From Cyanophora paradoxa CCMP329 (Eukaryota > Plantae > Glaucophyta), in assembly GCA_004431415.1 (NCBI GenBank), contig QPMI01000601.1:62001-126000 (forward strand): DNA of 64,000 nt. Direction: 5' to 3'. Shown piece by piece: positions 55,328 to 64,000 of the stretch (position 1 is the stretch's first letter; the number at the start of each line of letters is the position of its first letter). The notes under the pieces were generated by a model that saw nothing but the letters and a program-made list of their open reading frames with translations, made no database searches and was not told the origin of the DNA. Position numbers and translations under genes: made by a program.

Positions 55328-58300
55328 GTTCCCCAGATAACAGAGGGCGTTTTCACATTAGACCCCGCGAAACCGACCTTAGAAATTGTCGAAAATGGGA
55401 ACGTTGTGGATATTATCGGCGCCAATGCTCCGAATGTGAGATCCTTAGCACTTGATAAAACGACTATATCATTTGCAGAGGAAATTCCGGCATTTACCAC
55501 AGAGAAACAGGCACTGAGAACAGATCATGTTCACATTACCAGAGACAATATAAACGATCTTTTGGGCAAGGACATTGTAAAGGCGTTTTTGGAGTTTGAA
55601 AGGAGCAAGAACACCAAAGATTCCAGCCAGGATGGAACCCTCACGACCCACACAACCGAGATCGCGGCTTTGCAGTCCGAAATTAATGCACTGTTTGCAG
55701 CAGATGGAGCGCTTGCAATTACCTTAGCCCATATTCTATCGAAAAGGAACATTTACCCTTCTATTGATAATGCATACCGAATTGGTCTCTCGAATCTGAG
55801 ATGGTCAGAGTTGCATGGAGTTTCCATGTTTGCCTCCAATTTAATCCTTCCATTTAATCACTCACTCCGACCCAATCAGATTCTCACCAGTGAAAATGCA
55901 CTAATCAGCTACACCGACTATAATAGTAACCTTTCCCGCTCAGTTTCGCGAACTGAGACCTACACTGTCGAGGGATACCCGCAGAAATTCGCAGGTCTCG
56001 AAGTTTATGTAGTTTATGCAGACAGTCCAACATACACATTTACTTGGGATCAATTGGGTGTCACAGGTTTCGAGATTTTACCTACGGTTACCTTGGTCGA
56101 TCATACAGTTTACTATAATCAAATCACTTTCACTGATGAATATAACAAGGCATATGTCCAAAATATCACCTCCACAGGGTTTCAGGTTTTGTTCCAATAT
56201 GTTGGAACAAATACTCTCATTATCCGGAACTCCTCACTGAACACCATAGCTAATCTGAGTTTCACTCTGAATATCAATTATATCACCCCTGAATTCGATA
56301 GCAAACCCAGAGTAAAGGTTTACCGAGATTTACAGGTAAATAATGTCGTCCCCTTCCCAGCCTCCAATATACAGATTGGCGAACCCACAAATCCCTTCAA
56401 ACGAGAATATCTTAAAGAGCTCTATATAACAAAGTCCGATTTTGCAGATGCTGTCGCTTTGGTTAACTCCCCGACACCCAGTATATCATACCACAATATC
56501 AAAGCATTTACCCCTATGACTCAGACAGGTAGCAGGTCATTCCCGAGCTCAGAACTATTAAGTATGGTAAATGGTTACTATTATAGATATACTCCATCAG
56601 AGTCGATTACTATACCTATTACCTTCACATCGGCATTTAATGCCCCCCCAACTGTTACCATAGTAGATACCAATCGATATTTCGCCCAGCCCTCAGGAGG
56701 CATAACACCAGCACCCAAATATACTACCGTTTTTCGAGCAGAGAATGTCACCACGACGGGCTTTAATCTTGTAGCCGACCCAACAATACATACTCCTGTC
56801 ACAGGCTACCCAGTCGGTGTCTACTTCTATACATATAATGCCACCACAGCGAAATTCGAGTATCCCCCATACACAGTAGGGTGGTCAGCTGTGGGTCAGA
56901 CTCCCCAGTATGATGATACTGATAGATTAAAAATAAAGTATCCACTCGATGTGACCGACCTCTATACTACAAGGATCAATGGGCAGAATTTCGTATTTAA
57001 TGGAACCAATGCGACTCTGATCGATAATCGAGTTACAAATAATTACTTTTTCGATTCTCGATATATTAATACTTGCAACATTGTCATACAGAACACGTTT
57101 GAGAATCGAAGTAAGACCTTAACAGTCACCTTGCCCACTCACTCGAATGTCTCAGATGGATTTCACTATTACCTGTTCAATCGCAATTACACCTCATATA
57201 TTCCATATCCTTCTGAGACTGTCAACATGAGCTATCCCAGAGCTACCCTAACATCGACCAATGCTGACTTCTTTGGATCCACGGACTTTATGACCTTCTT
57301 TGCTTTCACATCCTCTACTGATGGTCTGTTAGTTTATTACACTTTCAGATATGATGCAGTTTGGACTCAGCTTGACAGCCACCCAAATACAGATGTAATC
57401 GAAGTGGGCGATAAGAAATATATAAAAACCGCTTCCCCATGGGTGTGCACTGTCCGGCTCGACGACAGATACACTCCCAACCTAAATAACATTGGAATGC
57501 ACTCGACATGCAATATTTATGTTCAAGGTGCAATTTCAGCTTCAAAGTACTTTGAGGGTGGGAACTGTGATGCAGGGCATCGATTGCTATCGCGAAATGG
57601 ACTCTTTGAGTCATTCAGTGGGACAGCTCTACCTCCCTTTATTAGGGACACAGTCTATGATACTACATGCAATATTTGGGTGTGCCGATCTGTGAGCAAT
57701 CCGCCTGTGACAAAGGAATTATATAAATATCTTTCAGATACCTATGGTGCCATCACAGGGTCTTCAACAGGAAATCCAGCGACGGCTCCCATCGTGTTTG
57801 CAAATGCATACACAGCGCCAACATCATTGTCAGGGTCGACAGAGCCGCCACCAAACGATCCCAATCCGAACCAGCCTAACCCAGATCCCGATTCGAAAGA
57901 TCCCCCTACAACTGATCCAGATCCAAACACGACACCTAATAATCCCACCAATCCTACAAATCCAGTCGGAGCACCCGGAATGGATCCCGGGACATTAGTG
58001 CTTCTCATTCTCTTGCCAATTCTCGGTGCCCTTGGACTTGTGCTTGCATACAAATTCCGAGCTCTATGTTGTGCTTGCATAGACAGAACCATTGCAGGAG
58101 CAGGTAATAAATACTCGGTGCCAGAAATGAATGTGACCCAAACAGCCGAAGGAGATGTGGGCTTAGAGGTGAGGTCAGCCGAGGGGCATGGTCTTAGTGT
58201 AGTGAGAACTGATCAACCACCAGCAAGTAGGGCAGCACCCAAAAAATCGCGAGCAGAACGAATGGCTGAATCAATAATAAAAGATAATGCAGACTTTATG

Positions 58301-58357
58301 GCGGAAATGGCACAGCGAGAAGGGAGAATATATGAACATGTTCCAAATGTTATGTAG
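55328..58357 (+). pseudogene. Fibre-like gene of element B, 3' part; reconstructed protein 1211 aa with C-terminal transmembrane segment
   Basis: In frame with 33853..34458 once the insert is removed. IYPSIDNAYRIGLSNLRWSELH repeat type, ITFTSAFNAPPTV modules, Pro/Asn linker, LVLLILLPILGALGLVLAY. Confidence 0.85.
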
Positions 58358-58394
58358 CGATCCTAATTTTGTAGTATGCCATAATAGAGAAATA

Positions 58395-59858
58395 ATGACG
58401 GAACCCATAGTAGAAACGACAGTAAAGAATGCTGTATTGGATAATCAATTTTATATAACCCATGCCAATATACCCAGTGAATCCAATGACCTAATTGTTA
58501 ATCTAAAAGGCTATGTGATGGGAGCTATGGCTTCTAACCTATGGAATGACCTTTTCGGTTACGAGTTTGGTCACATCTATGACATTGCAAATGGGATCGG
58601 CTATGTGGATGCGATGGCAGGCACAGCCTTTCGAAATCTAAATTGCAACTGTGTGGGTGGGTGGATGTTTCAGATCTGTTCAAATGTCGATCCTACTATT
58701 GATCCCGCCACGATAACCTTTGATTGCAATCTGTTTGCCCCCAAAACCATTTTCTCCATCACTTGCAATCTCGTTAATTCGGATGTGCCCATTGTGGCAC
58801 CTGTAATAGGTGCATCAAATATGTATATCCAAAGAAATCCGGTCGTGCATACAGGCGCCGAATTTATATTGGGCGACAACACCCCAATTAGTCGACTCGA
58901 ATTGCCCACGAATTTCACCTTTAATCTCGTGGATGAGTTCCCTAACAGTCAAAGTCTCATGTATTTCACCTCTGAAAATCGCCTTTCTGGTGCATTCTCA
59001 CCCATTGAGCTGTCTATACCGAAGCAAAAGGTGAGCTATAAGGAGCTTACAGATGTGCCGGCGGGATTTAGTGGGAAGTGGAGTGATATCATTCAGAAGC
59101 CGACTTGGAGTAGTGTAGCATACACAGGAAATTACTATGATTTAGTAGGAACTCCCGATTTCACAAGCTATATACCTCGTTGGATTGATCAAGGTGTAAT
59201 TATATCAGAATCTACGCTCCCTTTCAATGGGACATGGGATAGGTTATTTACTAAGCCGAATTTGCATGCTGTTGCCACAAGTGGTGACTACAACGATTTA
59301 ACTAACACCCCTATTGCACCGACCTTGCATGCTGTGGCTACAAGTGGGAGCTATACAGATTTAGTTAATACACCTAACCTCCACGCTGTGGCTACAAGTG
59401 GAAATTATGATGATCTTATTAACACACCTACTTCGCCACCTACTCACAATCACAGCATAGAGTTGCTCACGAATTTCGGTAGTTATGTGAATCCAAATGC
59501 ATATGTGCAACAAGGGACAATGGATGTAGTAATTCCTGCCGGAGTCTATTACAAAGGGGATTTTACCACAGTATCGGGAACCGTTACATTCTCAACCCCA
59601 TTTTTTAGTGATCCTGTAATTACTGCTACTCTCGAAAACAGTATTATTTTAACAAGTGTCGATTTCACCAATAGCATATATCTCTCTGCTGAATATCAGT
59701 TCGGAAATCGCATTGGGTTCAAAAATAAATTCACTTGGATTGCGATATTCACTTGTTACTCGGACATCAATTATAACAGTGTGATCCAAAGCAATCGCAC
59801 CCTTAAACTCCATTGGATTGCTGTCGGACCTCTCCAAAACAATAATATTCTCGCTTAA
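58395..59858 (+). CDS. Second fibre-like protein
   Basis: LHAVATSG(D/S/N)Y.DL.NTP repeats (also in the A fibre); C-terminal GTVTFSTPFFSDPVI...HWIAVG. Confidence 0.75.
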   Translation: MTEPIVETTVKNAVLDNQFYITHANIPSESNDLIVNLKGYVMGAMASNLWNDLFGYEFGHIYDIANGIGYVDAMAGTAFRNLNCNCVGGWMFQICSNVDPTIDPATITFDCNLFAPKTIFSITCNLVNSDVPIVAPVIGASNMYIQRNPVVHTGAEFILGDNTPISRLELPTNFTFNLVDEFPNSQSLMYFTSENRLSGAFSPIELSIPKQKVSYKELTDVPAGFSGKWSDIIQKPTWSSVAYTGNYYDLVGTPDFTSYIPRWIDQGVIISESTLPFNGTWDRLFTKPNLHAVATSGDYNDLTNTPIAPTLHAVATSGSYTDLVNTPNLHAVATSGNYDDLINTPTSPPTHNHSIELLTNFGSYVNPNAYVQQGTMDVVIPAGVYYKGDFTTVSGTVTFSTPFFSDPVITATLENSIILTSVDFTNSIYLSAEYQFGNRIGFKNKFTWIAIFTCYSDINYNSVIQSNRTLKLHWIAVGPLQNNNILA

Positions 59859-59879
59859 TAAGTAAAGAACAATCAAAAG

Positions 59880-60302
59880 ATGTCAACTGTATTCACGCCT
59901 GTGTTTTCTTTGAGTGCAAGTGCTGTCCATAATGTCCAACACACAGTCTATGATTTATCTCCGAGCCACCCTTCGACTGAGACAGCGAAAACCGATTCTT
60001 TTAATGACCAAAGCATACTCAGAGTCAAAGAACTCAGAGCTGACAAGATTGATGGACTCGTTAAAGCTACTCAAATGATCGTATCGAATCGACCCGCAAT
60101 ATCTTCGGGGCTGGTCACCAAAGAAAATCTATATGAGGGTCAACAGGATTCCAAAACGGCTTTTAATCCGGCTGATAGGAATTCGGCGGCTTTTCAAGTT
60201 TACAGTGGTGGGGCATGGATTGGGACTGGACTGAGTGTGAATGGGACAGTGACAGCAACTTCTTATGGGGCTGTGAATGCAACCACTGGTGGATATTTGT
60301 AG
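59880..60302 (+). CDS. Short member of the 19738/20616 paralog family
   Basis: SL.A...H..QH...STE...F...SILRVKELRADK..G.VK.T...SAA.....GGAWIG.G. Confidence 0.7.
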   Translation: MSTVFTPVFSLSASAVHNVQHTVYDLSPSHPSTETAKTDSFNDQSILRVKELRADKIDGLVKATQMIVSNRPAISSGLVTKENLYEGQQDSKTAFNPADRNSAAFQVYSGGAWIGTGLSVNGTVTATSYGAVNATTGGYL

Positions 60303-60363
60303 GTGGGGGCAAAGATATTATTGATGACCCAACCCCATAAAAGATATATCCCTTTAATGTAAA

Positions 60364-61198
60364 ATGGCAGAGGCACCCACACCAATAGAGCGAATTATAA
60401 CACCACAGCTATCATTAGCTGCCCCAGCAAACCATGTTCTGCAGCATGCTACATTTGATGATGTAGAGGGTCTCCCATCCACAGAGGTCCAACCTACAAT
60501 GAACACCTTTGGTTCCACCCACAAACTGAGATTGCAGGAACTCAGATGTGATAAAAATAATGGATTAGTTAAGACAACTAAGCTACTTGTTACCAATGCA
60601 AACTTTTCTGCTCATTATGGAGACCCAGATAGCTATGGAGATCCTCTGTCTACTTATTCTTTTGAATCTAGGTCTGGAGCTATTAACTGCAAATCGGGGG
60701 AGCTTATATTGGTGATGGTCTTAGGGTTGGTGGGCTGTTGGAGCGCCTCTATTTGTGAATGATCAACCCAATCCCATTGATCCTAACACAAGAATTCGAA
60801 CCTATGTCCCCAGCATGAATGCCCCATACATTATAAAGATATTCCCCATTGTTGTAAATGAACAAACAGCAGTAGTAGACTCTCTTGTTGAAATTGGTGA
60901 CCACTACAAGGTAGTTGTGGATATCCCACCAGATGTATATGCTGTATGTCAAGTAGAGGGTGGAACTCCTAATTTTGCAGTTGTGATCACCCCATATGAT
61001 AATTTTGGTATTGCTTATCATGGAGTCAATTTCGGTTTGGAAGACTATCAGTTTCTGGTGAGAGCCACCAAGTTTGGTATCTACAAGTGTGTATTATATG
61101 CTGAGAGAACCGATTTTATTGCAAGGCAGAATACCTATGCTGAGTATTATGGCACAAATCGATATTTCCCCATTTTTGGACAGGATACTGCTCCATAA
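60364..61198 (+). CDS. Putative structural protein near-identical to 20616..21446 (two 1-nt deletions near 60700 and 60735)
   Basis: ORFs 60364..60762 and 60755..61198 match the two halves of the element A protein. Confidence 0.85.
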
Positions 61199-61220
61199 GA
61201 ATATTGGTTATATATAGAGT

Positions 61221-61493
61221 ATGGATAGTAAAACAAAAAAGTTTATTGATGCTGCTATGACAGTTCATGGTAAAGATAAATTCGATTACAGTGAGACACA
61301 TTACATCAAAGCTCAAGAGAAAGTATCTGTGAGATGTTTGCAGTGTAATAAGGTGATCCTTACCTATCCCTTTAATCATGTGAAGGGATCAGGTTGCAGG
61401 GACTGTAACAAAAGAAAGAGTCAAGCACACAGGAAAAGAGCTACTTCATCAATCAGAGTAGAGTATAGGGATATTTGCATTAGGTTTGACTAG
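61221..61493 (+). CDS. Stand-alone Zn-ribbon protein
   Basis: Ortholog of 21474..21746. Confidence 0.8.
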   Translation: MDSKTKKFIDAAMTVHGKDKFDYSETHYIKAQEKVSVRCLQCNKVILTYPFNHVKGSGCRDCNKRKSQAHRKRATSSIRVEYRDICIRFD

Positions 61494-61516
61494 TTAATTT
61501 TTCTAAGGTATTCTTA

Positions 61517-61914
61517 ATGGAGACTAAATACAGAGGCTTTCATGTTATGCTTGATTACAAGGCTAAATCAGCTATAGCAACAGGTTATGAGCATGTTAGC
61601 TTCCTAGGTAATTGGATTATGGAACCCTTGAACAAGCAGTATTGAGACAAGGTATTAGGATTGTTCATAAGCATTGTGAGATATTTGATGGCAAACTATC
61701 ACCTCCTGGTTTTGCTTTGGTTCTGCTATTAGATGAAAGCCATTGTACAGCTCATTGTTATTCCAATGAAGGCATGTTAGCAATTGATATATTCAGTTGT
61801 GGTAAAGAAGCTCAGCATAAAACACAATCAGTAGCAGATGAGATCGATAAAACAATGAATTTCTTAACATTTGAGAAGACTGAGAGACATAAACATGATA
61901 GATTCCCGTTTTGA
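61517..61914 (+). CDS. speD: S-adenosylmethionine decarboxylase proenzyme (frameshift near 61625)
   Basis: METKYRGFHVMLDYK from ATG 61517 joins LEQAVLRQGIRIVHKHCEIFDG..SPPGFALVLLLDESHCTAHCY..IDIFSCG. Confidence 0.85.
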
Positions 61915-62339
61915 TGGGTTTCTATTATGGTGATCAGGGTGATTTACCTTTTTTATTACAATGGCAATCGTTAAAAAAGGATATAATATATCCTTTCCTA
62001 CAATAGCTTTCTACAATGATTTTCTTTCTACAGTAGCTTTTGTTACAATAGAATTCTACTGTATGATGTAGCCGAAATATGAATGCACCCTACATTAAGC
62101 AATGTCAAGTATTTCGAATACTATTCGATTTCCTTACAATAACACTCAGCATCTCCCCTTGATTCCCCCTATTATATTATATTTATATTTAAGTGGACTC
62201 AAGGTTGACTCATATTAATCGTAAAAGTAGTAAAAGTATATGGATTTTGTTACGAATTCAATGCAAGGGTTGACTAAGTGGGTTGAGTTGACTCAAATTT
62301 CACAGGAAATAACAATGAATCAGAGTATAAATGCATTTT

Positions 62340-62791
62340 TTGAATCAACTACACCAACTAACACTGAGATTTTACCAATATATGAGGTCCTTACTGAATA
62401 TGGTTTGTGTGACAGGTGTGACAGGTCTATCCCAAACTTTTCTATAGCATAAAAATGAACTCTCAAAAGTTTGGGATGGACCTGTCACACCTGTCACACT
62501 CGATTATTTCATTTGTTTATTCAAGTAGAATTACATAGATAAACTTCTTACTTATTGTTACTGAGTTTTTCATTATAAAAGAGATCCTTACTGAATATGG
62601 TTTGTGTGACAGGTGTGACAGGATGCATTTTGTGAATCAACTACACCAACTAACACTGAAATTTTAACATTAAAAGAGATCCTTACTGAATATGGTTTGT
62701 GTGACAGGTGTGACAGGTCTATCCCAAACTTTTCTATAACATAAAAATGAACTATCAAAAGTTTGGGATAGACCTGTCACACCTGTCACAC
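62340..62791. repeat. GTGTGACAG iterons and two 35-bp-arm hairpins (62407..62499, 62699..62791); candidate origin of element B
   Basis: GTGTGACAGGTGTGACAGGTCTATCCCAAACTTTT / AAAAGTTTGGGATAGACCTGTCACACCTGTCACAC, plus a half-site at ~62604. Confidence 0.9.
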
Positions 62792-63043
62792 CCAATTATT
62801 TCAAAAATCCTAAGGGTCCCCCCTTAGAATCATTAAAACATGATAAAAACATATAAGTTTCATGTATAATTACGATTGGAGTCAATAAGAGATCGATTTG
62901 TTAATATAAACAAATGAATCATTTATGGATCTTAATCGAGTTTAGCGATATGTTTCCGATTAAATGAATTAAATTTAATTAAATTTAATCGAGAAAGTAC
63001 ATGAATATAATATCGATTAAATCAATTAACTTTTAGACCAATC

Positions 63044-63326
63044 ACACATAGTAAAATGCGGAGTTTTAACCAGAGGCAAGATCTAATTGAGATTCAGTTA
63101 TATTATTCGGAAACATATAAAGATTATCGATTCACTCAGTAAGACTAATCGGAAAATAAGAGAAATTTACGATAAAATATCGAAAAGAATACAAAATAAT
63201 CGAAATAAATGAATATTCGATAAGATATACACAGATTATCGATTGATTGAAATAGAATATACGAGATATATCAACAAAATCAATTAAGATAAGCCGAGGG
63301 TTAAAACTCCGCATTTTACTATGTGT
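63044..63326. repeat. Terminal cassette of element B: 283 bp bounded by perfect 28-bp inverted repeats
   Basis: ACACATAGTAAAATGCGGAGTTTTAACC (63044..63071) and its exact reverse complement (63299..63326). Confidence 0.9.
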
Positions 63327-63817
63327 ACCGCCCGAAGAAGGAGCGCCGGACGAGTCATGATCAGAATCAGAGCTCAAATTAGACCGATCATCGGATGAGA
63401 GCCGGCACCAGACTCTGAGCCACGTTCGTCATCGTCCAAGGCATCCTGATCATTAGCGTCAGCAGCAGCCAAACTAGCGCGCCGCTCCTCCAATAAGGCC
63501 GAATCCTGAGGGAGGGTGAATTCTAGGTAGGACGTATTCCTGTCCCAGGCGGCAACAAGGGCGGCACGGTTGTAGGAAGGTGCATCAATGTCAGCCTCCT
63601 CAAGATCGCACCGAGCGCGAGCAATGCAACCTGTTGGATGGAAAATACGCCAGCAAGCTTAAGGATCGCTCCAAGTGATCGAAGGCAGAAGGCGGGGTTG
63701 ACTTTACTGCGCAAAATAGGCCGGCGCCATCTCGAGTTAGTCGAGTTAGGCCCGGCGGCCTGGAGGCAATTGCAACTTCCTGGAGCTATAGCTATGCCCG
63801 GGCTGCAAGCTTAAGGA

Positions 63818-63848
<31 letters not shown>

Positions 63849-64000
63849 ACCTCTCGTCACGGCGTTGATCATGATCGCATGAGGTCGAGGGGCGGCCCGC
63901 GGCGCCGGCTTCCGGGATCCGGGAGGCTAGCTCTTCGAATAAATATGTTCAACGTGCCGAGGCCAGGCGGTCCAGGCGGTCCGACGGTCCGACATGTCCA
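63327..64000. other. GC-rich flanking (host or other repeat) DNA
   Basis: Abrupt compositional change after ATGTGT; poly-C at ~63818-63845; no recognisable gene. Confidence 0.65.

Larger units (their letters stand above)
24171..63326. mobile_element. Endogenous Polinton-like virus, element B (interrupted by element A on the left and by a LINE internally)
   Basis: pPolB 5' part, ATPase, MCP, two minor capsids, patatin, fibres and AdoMetDC. Terminal cassette ends ...ACTATGTGT at 63326, followed by an abrupt switch to GC-rich DNA. Confidence 0.85.

Noticed and set aside
34421-55340. Numerous minus-strand and alternate-frame ORFs within the GC-rich insert
   Set aside because: Expected shadow ORFs in high-GC DNA; no motifs; they overlap the LINE polyprotein.
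3560-61630. Many frameshifts (primpol-D5, polB, MCP, RT, 60364 gene, AdoMetDC) read as programmed frameshifting or pseudogenisation
   Set aside because: The cases checked (4710, 7090, 9080, 30283, 45985) are each repaired by adding one base to a short homopolymer, and they occur in all three elements. This pattern fits long-read consensus error. Polishing with accurate reads would settle it.
63327-64000. Gene or second retroelement in the right flank
   Set aside because: Only a 63-aa ORF without motifs and a poly-C tract; not enough evidence.

Overview
The window looks like a eukaryotic (probably protist) locus holding three nested mobile elements. (1) Element A (1..24170, left end outside the window) is an AT-rich Polinton-like virus (PLV). 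It encodes a major capsid C-terminus, a Zn-ribbon/Vsr-like endonuclease, an A32 packaging ATPase, a primpol-D5 helicase, a Maverick-type protein-primed PolB, an rve integrase, a patatin-discoidin lipase, a 2132-aa fibre and an AdoMet decarboxylase. It ends in repeat arrays and a ~290-bp terminal cassette. (2) Element B (24171..63326) is a divergent relative of A. Its PolB gene is cut exactly at A's right terminus, so A appears inserted inside B. B carries an ATPase, an MCP, two minor capsid genes, patatin, fibres and AdoMetDC, and ends in a homologous terminal cassette followed by GC-rich flanking DNA. (3) A ~20.85-kb GC-rich non-LTR retrotransposon (34459..55309) sits inside B's fibre gene, with an 18-bp target-site duplication and a short poly(A). 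It appears to encode one giant polyprotein: repeats, transmembrane segments, APE, RT, an RNase H split by two Ulp1-like protease domains, and a CCHC finger. The frameshifts I checked are single-base losses in short homopolymers, so they are probably sequencing or consensus errors. All domain calls come from motif recognition by eye; no searches were run.
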